54,474 nucleotides of DNA from Pseudomonadota bacterium (GCA_039025075.1 JBCCPD010000001.1:1-54474); one strand, 5' to 3'. Positions 18,981 through 30,654 are shown, numbered from the stretch's first letter. Program-made: numbers and translations. The notes: generated from the sequence alone by a model not told the origin.

Positions 18981-19155
18981 GAACACACTTCTATCAAACC
19001 GATTCGCCGTGATCCCAGCGTGATCCGCCGAAAGGGGTGCGAGGCGCGACGCCCGCGCGCGTTGCCGCGCGGCGCATGCATTGGTATTCATCTCGCTCCT
19101 CGAACGGCCCTGCGCCGCCTGCCAGCTGCAACGCCCGCCTCCAAGGGAATTCGCC

Positions 19156-21096
19156 TTGACGGACGCCTCACCGACCCGGCCCGCCGATGGTTTCGCCCAT
19201 GGGCGGCGCGCGACCCGCCAGGCGCCGGACGGCCGCGCCGGCGCCTCGGTGGCGGAGGCCGAGGGCGACCCGGTCGCCGCGCCGAGCCCGTCGAGCGCTC
19301 CGGCGGGACTTGATCCAGGCGATCCCCCGTCGGTGGCGGAGGGTCCGAGGCCGAAATCCCGCCGGATCGGCATCCTGCGCCGGCTTTGGCCCTACTTGAT
19401 GCGCTATCGGCGCATGTTCTGGGCGGCGGTCGGGGTGCTGACCCTCACCGCGGCGCTGACGCTCACCCTGCCGCTGGCCGCGCGCCGCGTGATCGACGGG
19501 CTCTCGGTCGAAGACGTCGCGTTGATGGAGCGCTACTTCATCTACGGCATAATCATCGCGGGAGCGCTCGCGATCGGCACGTCGACCCGCTACTACTTGG
19601 TGACGCGGCTCGGCGAGAGGGTGATCGCGGATCTGCGGCAGGAAGTGTTCGACAAGGTCATCGGGCTCTCCCCCGAATTCTATGAGAGCCTGCGCACCGG
19701 AGAGGTGCTGTCGCGCCTGAACACCGACACCACGCTCCTGCTGTCGGTGGTCTCCTCCACCGCCTCCATCGCGCTTCGGCAGATCCTGCTGCTGATCGGC
19801 GGCCTCGCGATGATGAGCTGGACGTCGCCGCGGCTGACGATGTTCGGCATGGTGCTCGGCCCACTGATCCTCATCCCGATCCTCGTGTTCGGCCGCAGGG
19901 TGCGGCGGCTGAGCCGGGAGAGCCAGGATCGTCTGGCGGAAAGCTCGGCCCTGGCGTCGGAGCTATTGCTCGCGGCTCAGACGGTTCAGGCCTACACGGC
20001 CGAGGCCGCCGCGCGCAGCCGCTACGCCGACCTCATCGACCGAGCGTTCGAGGCGGCGCGCAAGCGCATTCTGGCGCGCAGCATTCTCACGGTGGTTCTG
20101 ATCTTCCTCGTCTTCGGCGGGCTGATCGGCGTCCTTTGGATCGGCGCGTCCGATCTGCGCTCCGGGTCCATGTCGGCCGGCGAGCTCGTGCAGTTTCTGA
20201 TCTACGGCCTCGTCGTCGCCGGGGCCGCGGCGGGACTGTCGGAGGTTTGGGGCGAGGTGCAGCGCGCCGCAGGGGCGACCGAGCGCTTGGTGGACTTGCT
20301 GGAGACGGACGATCCGCTCGATCTGTCGGCCGAGCCGGTCCCTGCTCCGGCTCGGCCGACGGGCGAGGTGGTCTTCGACCGCGTCGCGTTCCGTTATCCG
20401 GCGCGGCCGGAGGTCGCCGCCCTCTCCGACGTGTCGTTCCGCGTCGCGCCGGGGGAGACGGTGGCCCTCGTCGGTCCCTCTGGCGCGGGCAAGTCCACGA
20501 TCTTCCAGCTTTTGCTGCGCTTCTACGACGTCGGCTCGGGCGAGATCCGCGTCGACGACGCGCCTGTCCGCGATCTGGATCCGCCGGACCTGCGCCGCGC
20601 GTTCTCGATCGTCAGTCAGGAGCCTGCGATCTTCGCCGACACCGTCGCGGCGAACATCCGCTTCGGCCGCCCCGACGCCGCCGACGCCGAGGTGGAAGCC
20701 GCCGCCCGCGCCGCCGCCGCCCATGACTTCATCGAGGCTCTGCCGCGCGGCTACGGCACTTACGTGGGCGAGCGGGGCGTCATGCTGTCCGGCGGACAGA
20801 AGCAGCGTCTCGCCATCGCCCGCGCGGTGCTGCGCGACGCGCCGATCCTACTGCTGGACGAAGCGACCTCGGCGCTCGACGCGCAGTCCGAACGCGCGGT
20901 CCAGCAGGCGGTGGAGCGTCTGTCGGAGGATCGCACCACGCTGGTGATCGCCCACCGCCTCGCCACGGTGAAGGCCGCCGACCGGATCCTCGTCTTCGAT
21001 GGCGGCCGCGTCGTCTCGGAAGGCTCGCACGCTCAGCTGGTGGCCGAAGGCGGCCTCTACGCTCGGCTCGCCCGGCTGCAGTTCACCGAGGGCTGA
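19156..21096 (+). CDS. ABC transporter fused permease/ATPase (MsbA-like exporter)
   Basis: TM domain, GPSGAGKST, LSGGQKQR, LLDEATSALD, IAHRL; start uncertain (TTG 19156 chosen). Confidence 0.92.
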   Translation: MTDASPTRPADGFAHGRRATRQAPDGRAGASVAEAEGDPVAAPSPSSAPAGLDPGDPPSVAEGPRPKSRRIGILRRLWPYLMRYRRMFWAAVGVLTLTAALTLTLPLAARRVIDGLSVEDVALMERYFIYGIIIAGALAIGTSTRYYLVTRLGERVIADLRQEVFDKVIGLSPEFYESLRTGEVLSRLNTDTTLLLSVVSSTASIALRQILLLIGGLAMMSWTSPRLTMFGMVLGPLILIPILVFGRRVRRLSRESQDRLAESSALASELLLAAQTVQAYTAEAAARSRYADLIDRAFEAARKRILARSILTVVLIFLVFGGLIGVLWIGASDLRSGSMSAGELVQFLIYGLVVAGAAAGLSEVWGEVQRAAGATERLVDLLETDDPLDLSAEPVPAPARPTGEVVFDRVAFRYPARPEVAALSDVSFRVAPGETVALVGPSGAGKSTIFQLLLRFYDVGSGEIRVDDAPVRDLDPPDLRRAFSIVSQEPAIFADTVAANIRFGRPDAADAEVEAAARAAAAHDFIEALPRGYGTYVGERGVMLSGGQKQRLAIARAVLRDAPILLLDEATSALDAQSERAVQQAVERLSEDRTTLVIAHRLATVKAADRILVFDGGRVVSEGSHAQLVAEGGLYARLARLQFTEG

Positions 21097-21247
21097 CCCC
21101 GCATTTGCGGCCGACAGCGCGCCGACCCGCCCCGTCACGGATGGTCAGCACCGTCCAGCCTGCGCAAAAGCGGAGTTGCGTTTGACGCAACGCTCGTCCG
21201 ACGCGCACATCAACCGGGATCAACCCGGAGCCGCGGGAGGAGACCGG

Positions 21248-23065
21248 ATGGCCCGTCTACCTGGCCACCATCGAGGACAAGGCCCATGTCGAGGCCGTGC
21301 CGCTGAGCGAGCGCTGGCAAGCTCGATCCGTCTAAGAAAAACTGCAGTAGACCGCGGCGCTTCATGGCCGGAGCCCGGCGCTGAGCTTCCAGATCCGCTC
21401 CGGCGTCAAGGACACGGCGGACACGCTGACCTGGTCGGACTTTCTCGATCGAACGGCGCGCGCGGCGAACCTGTTCCGCCGGCTGGGCGTGGGGGAGAGC
21501 GACGCGGTCGCCTGCATTCTGCCCAACTGCAACGAGACCGCCGTCGCGCTGATGGGCGGGGCCACGGCGGGGATCGTGAACCCGATCAACCCGCTGCTCG
21601 AGCCCGATCAGATCGGCGCTCTGCTGCGGGAGACGAACGCCAAGGTGCTGGTCACGCTCGCGCCGTTCTCCAAGACGGACGTGGCGGACACGGCGGCCGC
21701 GGCCTGCGCGCTGGCCCCGAACGTCGAGACGATCCTGCAGGTCGACCTCAAGCGCTACCTGTCGCCGCCGCTCAGCTGGATCGTGCCGCTGATCCGGCCC
21801 AAGCCGGCGGGGGGACATTCCGCCCAGGCGCTCGATTTCAATGCCGAGATGGCCAAGGAAAGCACGACCATGCCGTGATGCTCTACAACGGTTGGGTGTC
21901 GAACCACCTGCTGGTCAAGGAGACGGACATCCTGCTGCGCCCGCTGCCGCTGTTCCACGTCTTCGCGGCCTATCCGGTGCTGCTCAGCTGCGTGACGTCG
22001 GGCGCCCACATGGTAATGCCGACGCCGCAGGGCTATCGCGGCGAGGGGGTGTTCGACAACTTCTGGAAGCTGGTGGAGCGCTGGGGCGCGACCTTCATGG
22101 TCACCGTGCCGACCGCCGCCACCGCGCTGATGCAGCGGCCGATCGATGCGGACGTGTCGTCGCTGAAGCTCGCTTTCTGCGGCTCGGCCCCGCTGCCGCA
22201 GGAGCTCTTCAAGAAGTTCCAGGACGCGACGGGGGTGAAGATCCTCGAAGGATACAGGATGACCGAGGCGACCTGCGGCGTCTCCTGCAACCCCATCGAC
22301 GGGGAGCGGAAGATCAGCTCGGTCGGGCTGCCGCTGCCCTACACCGACGTGAAGATCCTCTACTGCGACGAGCTGGGCGCCGTGAAGCGCGAAATGGGCG
22401 TCGACGAGATCGGCGAGATCTGCGTGTCGAACCCCGGCATCCGCGCCGGCGGGACCTACACGGAGGCGGAGCGCAACACGGGCCTTTTCGCCGACGGCAA
22501 GTACCTGCGGACCGGGGATCTGAGGCGGATCGACGCCGACGGCTATCTGTGGATCACCGGGCGGGCGAAGGATCTGATTATCCGCGGCGGCCACAATATC
22601 GATCCGGCGCTGATCGAGGAGGCGCTGGCGGGGCATCCGGAGGTCGCCTTCGTGGGGGCCATCGGCCAGCCGGACGTCCATGCCGGGGAGATCCCCTGCG
22701 CCTATGTGGAGCTGATCGAGGGCGCCTCGGTCGACGCCGCCGCTCTAAAGGCCCATGCGGAGGCCAACGTGAGCGAGCGGTCGGCGCACCCCAAGCACGT
22801 CGAGGTGCTGGAGGAGCTGCCCAAGACCGCCGTCGGCAAGGTCTTCAAGCCGGACCTGCGCAAGCGGGCGATCTTTCGCGTCTACGGCGCAGCGCTGGAG
22901 GCGGCCGGGATAAAGGCGGAGATCGACGTGGTCGAGGACAAGAAGCTGGGGCTGGTGGCGGAGCTGAGGCCGACGGCCAATCACCTGGACGAGGCCGAGG
23001 TGAAGGCGGTGCTCGGCGACTTCCCGCGGCCCTACATGATCAAGGACCCGCACATGGCGGCCTGA
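21248..23065 (+). pseudogene. Acyl-CoA synthetase (AMP-binding) pseudogene
   Basis: Frameshift just after ATG 21248, in-frame TAA 21333 and TAG 21348, second frameshift near 21865 with the TGGTTG.PK motif missing, GYRMTE and RTGDLRR substitutions. Confidence 0.9.
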
Positions 23066-23162
23066 CCGCGCTGCTCAGGGACGCGGCTCGTCCCTGGGAG
23101 CGGGACCGCTCGGCACAGGCCGACCAGGCGGCCGGCGAGCCGGATCGGGGTCCCTGCGCAAG

Positions 23163-23237
23163 GGGCGTCCACGCGTGGACGCCCTCTCATGCCATTGATT
23201 TCGAATTTTTATTCATAATTTTGAATTCGTGGACGCC
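23163..23237. repeat. Palindromic element with AT-rich core and IHF-like site
   Basis: Perfect 22-bp palindrome GGGCGTCCACGCGTGGACGCCC (23163-23184), extra arm CGTGGACGCC (23228-23237), CATGCCATTGATT (23188-23200). Confidence 0.8.
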
Positions 23238-23253
23238 TGCGCGGCAGAGCACG

Positions 23254-24558
23254 TCAGAGCGCGTCGAGCGCCTGCGCCCAGAGCATCGCGGCCACGAGGG
23301 TGGGGCGGCGCATGAGGTCTCCGCCCGGGAATTTCGCCGCAGGCAGGCGGGACATGACGTCGAGGCGGCGGCGGTTGCCGGTCAGCGCCTCGGCCAGCAC
23401 CAGGCCGGCCATGGTGGCGAGCGCGACGCCCGAACCGGAATAGCCGGAGGCGTTGAAGACGCCCGGCCTGAGCTCCCCCCAGACCGGCAGGCGGGAGGTG
23501 GTGATGGCGAGGGTGCCGCCCCAGGCGTGGGTGATGGCCACGTCAGAAAGCTGGGGGAAGACCTTGAGCATCTTGGGGCGCAGGAAGGCCTTCAGGTCCT
23601 TCGGAAAGCGCCAGCCGTAGCTTTCGCCGCCGCCGAAAAGCAGGCGGCGATCCTCCGACAGGCGGTAGTAGTTGACCACGAAGCGGCTGTCGGCGACGGC
23701 GACGTCGTCGCGGATAAGGGTCTTGGCGCGGTTGTCGGACAGTGGCTCGGTGGCGCAGACGAAGTTGTTGATGGGCATGACCCGGGCCGCCGCCTCGGGC
23801 AGGAGGCCGCCGAGATAGCCGTTGCAGGCGACGACGACGGAGCCGGCCTTTACGGACCCTTGCGCGGTGCGGACGGTTAGGGCGCCGGGGGCGCCCTCGA
23901 TGGCCGTGGCCTCGGAGAGCTCGAAGAGGCGGGCGCCGGCGGCCTCCGCCGCTCGGGCGAGGCCTCGGGCGTAGTTCAGGGGATGCAGGTGGCCGCCGGA
24001 GGGCTTGAAGACGCCGCCGTAGACGTCGGCGGCGCCGAGGCGCTCGGCCACCTCTTCGGGGGTCAGGAACACGAAATCAGCGCCGTAATGGCGCGCCATG
24101 TGGTCGACGTAGTCGCGGGTCAGAGCGTCGTAGCGGCGGCGATGGCTGACATACATCAGCCCGTCCTTGAGGGCGCAGTCGATGCCGTGGCGGGCGACGA
24201 GATCCTTGACGAGGGCGGCGGCGTCGCGGCCGATCTCCCACGCGCCCTGGGCGGTCTCGGCGTCGACCATCTTCTCGACGTAGGGCTGTTCGACCCGCTG
24301 GCCGACGCCGATCTGGCCGCCGTTGCGGCCCGAGGCGCCCCAGCCGGCGCGCTGCGCCTCCAGCACCACGACATCGACGCCGCGCTCGGCGAGGTGGAGC
24401 GCGGTGGAGAGGCCGGTGTAGCCGGCGCCGATGACGCAGACCTCGGCGGTCACGCCCGTTTCCAGCGCGGGCCGGTTCGGCGCGGGCCCGGCGCTGGCGA
24501 CGTACCAGCTGTCCGGCCACTCGCCGCGCTTTTCATTGGAATAGAGCAGGTTGCGCAT
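23254..24558 (-). CDS. puuB: FAD-dependent oxidoreductase, gamma-glutamylputrescine oxidase-like
   Basis: IGAGYTGLS, GWGASGRNGGQ, HLHPLNY, RLLFGG, WGGTLAIT; downstream of a GS-like gene. Confidence 0.8.
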   Translation of the reverse strand: MRNLLYSNEKRGEWPDSWYVASAGPAPNRPALETGVTAEVCVIGAGYTGLSTALHLAERGVDVVVLEAQRAGWGASGRNGGQIGVGQRVEQPYVEKMVDAETAQGAWEIGRDAAALVKDLVARHGIDCALKDGLMYVSHRRRYDALTRDYVDHMARHYGADFVFLTPEEVAERLGAADVYGGVFKPSGGHLHPLNYARGLARAAEAAGARLFELSEATAIEGAPGALTVRTAQGSVKAGSVVVACNGYLGGLLPEAAARVMPINNFVCATEPLSDNRAKTLIRDDVAVADSRFVVNYYRLSEDRRLLFGGGESYGWRFPKDLKAFLRPKMLKVFPQLSDVAITHAWGGTLAITTSRLPVWGELRPGVFNASGYSGSGVALATMAGLVLAEALTGNRRRLDVMSRLPAAKFPGGDLMRRPTLVAAMLWAQALDAL

Positions 24559-24577
24559 GGGTCTTCAGGGATGGTCT

Positions 24578-25969
24578 TCAGACGTTCAGAAGAAGATGCT
24601 CCCGTTCCCACGGGCTGATGACGGTCATGAACTCGTCGTACTCGAAGCGCTTCACGGTGCCGAAGATCTGCACGAACTGCTCGCCCAGGAGGGTCTTGAG
24701 GGGGGCGGCGGCCTCCAGCAGCTCCACCGCTTCGAGAAGCGAGTAGGGCAGGTCGCGGGCGTGGTCGTAGGCGCCGCCCTGGACGGGGGGGCGGGGGGCG
24801 ACCTGCTCCTCCATCCCCAGCAGGCCCGCGGCGAGGCTGGCGGCGATGGCGAGGTAGGGATTGGCGTCGGCGCCGGTGACGCGGTTTTCGACGCGTCGGG
24901 CCTCGGGGCTGGAGCGGGGGGCTCTCAAGCCGGTGGAGCGATTATCGAAACCCCATTCGAGGTTCACCGGGGCGGACATGTATTTCACCATGCGCCGATA
25001 GGAATTCACGTAGGGCGCGGCGACGGCGGAGCAGGCGGGCAGGTATTTCTGCTGGCCGCCGAGGAAATGCTCGAAGAGGGGCGTGGCGGCGCCGTCCTCG
25101 GCCGTGAAGATGTTGCGCCCGTCGGCGTCGAGCACGGATTGGTGGATGTGCATGGCGCTGCCGGGCTGGCCGGCCATGGGCTTGGCCATGAAGGTGGCGT
25201 AGCAGCCGGTGCGCAGCGCGGCCTCCCGGATCAGGCGCTTGAAGAGGAACACCTCGTCGGCGAGGGCCATGGGCTCGCCATGCATCATGTTGACTTCGAG
25301 CTGGGCGGCTCCGGCCTCCTGGATGATCGTGTCGATCTCCAAGCCTTGGGCGTCGGCGTAGTCGTAGATGTGCTCGATGACCGTGTCGAACTCGTCGACC
25401 TGGGAGAGGCTGAACGCCTGCGAGCCGGTGGATTGGCGGCCGGAGCGGCCGACGGGCGGCTCCAGAGGGTAGTCGGGGTCGGGATTGGGTTTGGTGAGGT
25501 AGAATTCGAGCTCGGGCGCGACGACGGGGGTCCAGCCCTTGGCGGCGTAGGCGTCGAGGACGCGGCGCAGGACCTGCCGAGGGGCGAAGGGGACGTACTC
25601 GCCCTCCCGATCCAGCACGTCGTGGATGATCTGGAGGGACGGGTCGCCGGCCCAGGGCACGGCGCGGGCGGTGGAGATGTCGGGGGTGAGGGTGAGGTCG
25701 CCGTCAGACAGCAGTTCGGGGTGGTCGACCTCGGCGTAGTCGCCGGTGATGGAGGCGAAGAAGATCGAGACGGGGAGGCGGACCTCCGATTCGCGGACGA
25801 ACTTGGCGGCGGGCATGACCTTGCCGCGGGCGATGCCGGCGAAGTCGGGGGTGACGCACTCGATCTCTTCGATGCGGCGGCCGCGGATCCAATCGCGCAG
25901 GGCGGCGAGGTCGGCCACGTCGCGGGGGGGCGACTCCGACAGGCTGATCGCAGGCGGGGTCTTGGACAT
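24578..25969 (-). CDS. Glutamine synthetase family protein (gamma-glutamylpolyamine synthetase-like)
   Basis: GIARGK, APELEFYL, FMAKP..GSAMHIHQS, NSYRR, RVENR..GADANPYL; start MSKTPP after GGAGG. Confidence 0.9.
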   Translation of the reverse strand: MSKTPPAISLSESPPRDVADLAALRDWIRGRRIEEIECVTPDFAGIARGKVMPAAKFVRESEVRLPVSIFFASITGDYAEVDHPELLSDGDLTLTPDISTARAVPWAGDPSLQIIHDVLDREGEYVPFAPRQVLRRVLDAYAAKGWTPVVAPELEFYLTKPNPDPDYPLEPPVGRSGRQSTGSQAFSLSQVDEFDTVIEHIYDYADAQGLEIDTIIQEAGAAQLEVNMMHGEPMALADEVFLFKRLIREAALRTGCYATFMAKPMAGQPGSAMHIHQSVLDADGRNIFTAEDGAATPLFEHFLGGQQKYLPACSAVAAPYVNSYRRMVKYMSAPVNLEWGFDNRSTGLRAPRSSPEARRVENRVTGADANPYLAIAASLAAGLLGMEEQVAPRPPVQGGAYDHARDLPYSLLEAVELLEAAAPLKTLLGEQFVQIFGTVKRFEYDEFMTVISPWEREHLLLNV

Positions 25970-26109
25970 GAAGCCTCCGGCAGAGCGGACCGTTCGGATC
26001 GGGCCGCTGGCGCGTCGCCGCACCGCGCATATATCGTCCCGCAGGCAAGGATTGCCAACCGCGCCGGCCGGCGACGCCGCGCCGGCCGCCCGATCAGGAG
26101 CCTACCGCC

Positions 26110-26811
26110 ATGCTCATCGGCATTTTGCAGACGGGAGACGTGAACCCGCGGCTCGCGGATCGCTTCCCGCCGTATGACACGATGTTCGCGGATCTGCTGT
26201 CGGGCCACGGGCTGCGCTTTCGAGCCTGGCGGGCCAATCATGCCGAGCTGCCGGAGGGGCCCGAGGCGGCGGACGGCTGGCTGATCACCGGCTCCGCCGC
26301 CGGGGTCTATGAGGATCTGCCCTGGATCGCGCCGCTGGAGGATCTGGTGCGGGCCATCGCCGCGGCGCGCCGGCCGCTCGTGGGGATCTGCTTCGGCCAT
26401 CAGCTGATGGCCCAGGCGCTCGGCGGGACCGTCGTCAAGTCGGACAAGGGCTGGGGCATCGGCGTTCAGACCTATCGGGAGACGGGATCGGGGCGCGAGC
26501 TGCGGGTGCTCGCCTCGCATCAGGACCAGGTGACGGCGCCGCCGCCGGGGACCGAAACGGTCGCCGCCTCAGGCTTCTGCCCCCATGCGGCGCTGCGCTG
26601 GACCGACCTTCCGCTGATCTCCTGGCAGCCGCATCCGGAGTTCTCGGCCGAGTATTCGCGCGCAATCATCGAGATGCGCCGAGGCGCCGCCTATGAGGCG
26701 GCGTTCGCCGACGCGGCGCTGGCCCGTCTCGACCAGCCGCTCGACAGCGCCGAGATCGGGGATCGGCTGGCGCGCTTTTTCCTCGATCATCGCTTGCCCG
26801 AGCCGGCCTGA
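26110..26811 (+). CDS. Type 1 glutamine amidotransferase
   Basis: LITGS, GICFGHQ, HQDQV, QPHPEF; AGGAG RBS. Confidence 0.92.
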   Translation: MLIGILQTGDVNPRLADRFPPYDTMFADLLSGHGLRFRAWRANHAELPEGPEAADGWLITGSAAGVYEDLPWIAPLEDLVRAIAAARRPLVGICFGHQLMAQALGGTVVKSDKGWGIGVQTYRETGSGRELRVLASHQDQVTAPPPGTETVAASGFCPHAALRWTDLPLISWQPHPEFSAEYSRAIIEMRRGAAYEAAFADAALARLDQPLDSAEIGDRLARFFLDHRLPEPA

Positions 26812-27014
26812 GAGACCACTCGGGCTCTTGGAGCGGCGGGGCCTTCGAGCTATGTCCAGGGCGCGAAGCTTGCCCGATCGGGGACGCGCGGGAATGACGG
26901 CCCCGCGCCGACGGCTCCTCGAAGCGGGCTCAACCGACGCCGAGCCGACCCGGGCCCAACCCCGGGGGCGGACCCGGCGGACAACCTGAGACGGCGGCCG
27001 CCGGGGAGGACTTC

Positions 27015-28103
27015 ATGCGCGTGATCCGTTGGGCGGTTCCGATCTTCATCCTGTTCCTGATCGCCTGGATCGCGATCATGATCTATCGGTTCAGCTTCTA
27101 TCGCGGCGTCGGCATGAGCTACCCGCAGCAGGTGATCGCCTCCGTCGCCGACGCGCCGCTGACCGACGAGGAGCATTCGGCCGGGGCCGAGGACGCCACG
27201 GACGCGGCCAGCGGCAACGGCTCGGTCGCCACCTGCGCCCACTCGCGGGTCGCCGACATGCAGGCGCACCTGATCAACATGCTGGTGAACGAGAACGACT
27301 GGGTTCCCGCGACGCCCCAGTACACCATCGGCATCTTCGGCCTGGTGGATTGGGCGGCGACGCCGTGGTTCGACAACAAGGCGGCGTTCCAGCGCGGCGT
27401 GCTGGCGGTGGTGCGGCGCTTCAGCCTCGACCTCGCCGACAGCCTGGGCCGCGTGCGCGGCACCTCCGGCGCGGACCCGGACCTGCAGGGCGCCGCCTCG
27501 CGCCTGCGCACCGACGAGCGGACCTGGAGGATCAACAGCCCCTTCGATCCGCAGCTGCAGATGATCGCGACCTCGGCGGCGGCCTCGTACGGGGGCGCGG
27601 TGCCGCTTTACTACAGCTTCAATCGGCGCCTGGAGGACTGCAACGCGCTCTTCGACGCCCGGCAGGACAACCTGCTGCGCCTCCTGGACCGCGTCGCCGC
27701 CGATCTGGGCGACATGAACGATCGGCTGCAAAAGCGCTCCCGCGCGGAAGTGTGGGACGTGAACCAGAAGGCCTTCGTCACCGGCGAGGGCAACAACCTG
27801 GGCTGGCTCGACTTCCGAGCCGACAACCTGCTGCATGAGGCGCGCGGACAGGCCTACGCCCTGCACGGACTGCTGCAGGCGCTGCGCATCGACTTCTCCA
27901 CCGTCGCGGTGCAGGCCCAGCTCGGCGCGGTTTGGGACCGGATGGAAGCGCATGTGGCCGAGGCAGCGCGCTTCAACCCGCTGATCGTCTCCAACGGCGC
28001 GCTCGACGGGATCTTCGCGCCCGATCATCTGGCGGTGATGGGCGAGAAGATCCTTCGCGCCCGGGCGAACATGATCGAGCTGCGGGACATTCTGCGCAAC
28101 TGA
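27015..28103 (+). CDS. DUF2333-like membrane-anchored protein
   Basis: N-terminal TM; FDNKAAFQRGV, LGRVRGTSGADPDL, ADNLLHEARGQAYAL, PLIVSNG, HLAVMG; GGAGGA RBS. Confidence 0.78.
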   Translation: MRVIRWAVPIFILFLIAWIAIMIYRFSFYRGVGMSYPQQVIASVADAPLTDEEHSAGAEDATDAASGNGSVATCAHSRVADMQAHLINMLVNENDWVPATPQYTIGIFGLVDWAATPWFDNKAAFQRGVLAVVRRFSLDLADSLGRVRGTSGADPDLQGAASRLRTDERTWRINSPFDPQLQMIATSAAASYGGAVPLYYSFNRRLEDCNALFDARQDNLLRLLDRVAADLGDMNDRLQKRSRAEVWDVNQKAFVTGEGNNLGWLDFRADNLLHEARGQAYALHGLLQALRIDFSTVAVQAQLGAVWDRMEAHVAEAARFNPLIVSNGALDGIFAPDHLAVMGEKILRARANMIELRDILRN

Positions 28104-28240
28104 TCGGCGCGGCGAGCTCGTCCCGCACCGACGGCGCGGTCCGTGCGCGACATCGTGCTGGGTCCTCGCCGCGGCGCTCGGGCCAGGCGGACGGAAAGGC
28201 CGAGGAGGCGGCGAGGGCTCGTCGCCTGAGGCGCCCGCTA

Positions 28241-28269
28241 TTGACCACGCTCCGCGCCCCTGCCAGCTT
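28241..28269 (+). promoter_or_regulatory. Putative sigma70 promoter of the omega-aminotransferase
   Basis: TTGACC-N17-CAGCTT. Confidence 0.45.
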
Positions 28270-28332
28270 CACGGCGATCCGCACCGCATGCGCCCGCGCC
28301 GCCTCGATCCGCGCCCGTTCAGGAGCTTCGCC

Positions 28333-29649
<1,317 letters not shown>

Positions 29650-29749
29650 TCGCCGGGTTCGCCCGGCGCTCGAGCGGGGCGGCGTCGGCCGTCGCCCCCG
29701 ACCCTCGCGGGCCGCGCGGCCCGCTTTCGCGACGCCCCAGGACGGCAGC

Positions 29750-30646
29750 ATGACTTCGCTCACCTTCATCATGCCGGTCCGCCATCCTCAAAGCGTGCGC
29801 GATCCCGCCGATCAGCAGCGAGTGATCGGCCAGACGATCCGCTCCATCGCCGCGCAGACCGTGGACGACTGGCGTCTGCGCATCGTCTGCAACCGCGAGC
29901 AGCGCCTGCCGCCGCTGCCCGCGAACGTGGAACGGGTGGACATCGATCTGCCGCCGTTGCCGCGCGAAGCGCTGGCGTCGGCGACGGACATGGCCTCGAC
30001 CTACGTCCCGGCCAACCTGGACCGCGGCCGACGCGTTCACCTGGGCCTGGCCGGTCTGGGCCCGGACGACCTGATCATGCCGGTGGACGACGACGACTTC
30101 ATCAGCCGCCGCCTCGCCGAGCATGTCCTTGCGCGGGCCGCGGCCGGCGGCAGCGCCTGGCTGCTGGGGCCGGGCTACGTCTTCCCGGACGGAGGCTTTT
30201 GGATGCGGCCGGCGTCGGTGGATTGCTACCGCTTCACCGGCACCAGCGTGATCGCGCGTCTGCGCCGGTTTCCCGGGCTCGCCGACGCGGCGCCGAGCGA
30301 GGAGGCGGTGCACGACATCGGCGACCACGGGCGGTCGTCGTCCCGTCTGCTGACCGGCGATGATCCGGCGGAGATCGTGCCCTTTCCCGCCGTGGTCTAC
30401 CGCGTGAACCACGGCAACCAAGTCCAGGTCGACGTGGCGCGGTTCATCCCCGACGGAGAGCGCGTGGGCATCCTGCCCCGGCGACGCTCGGCCAACCCGG
30501 TCAAGGACCTGGTGCACCGCCTGCGCTTCGCCGCGCGGGAGCGTCCGCTGCATCCGCTGCTGTGCCGGGAGTTCTTCGGAGGCCTGACGCCGCCGCGCGG
30601 ACCCGACCGCGACCGGCGCGGCTCGGCCACCCAGGCGGCGCGGTAG
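29750..30646 (+). CDS. Glycosyltransferase family 2-like protein
   Basis: LTFIMPVRHP, SIAAQT, IMPVDDDDFIS (DxD-type motif). Confidence 0.7.
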   Translation: MTSLTFIMPVRHPQSVRDPADQQRVIGQTIRSIAAQTVDDWRLRIVCNREQRLPPLPANVERVDIDLPPLPREALASATDMASTYVPANLDRGRRVHLGLAGLGPDDLIMPVDDDDFISRRLAEHVLARAAAGGSAWLLGPGYVFPDGGFWMRPASVDCYRFTGTSVIARLRRFPGLADAAPSEEAVHDIGDHGRSSSRLLTGDDPAEIVPFPAVVYRVNHGNQVQVDVARFIPDGERVGILPRRRSANPVKDLVHRLRFAARERPLHPLLCREFFGGLTPPRGPDRDRRGSATQAAR

Positions 30647-30654
30647 GGCGTCTC

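Noticed and set aside
26907-26982. Possible third CCGAC array
   Set aside because: Only three units are in 11-bp phase (26933, 26944, 26955), with mismatches; compatible with chance at this GC content.
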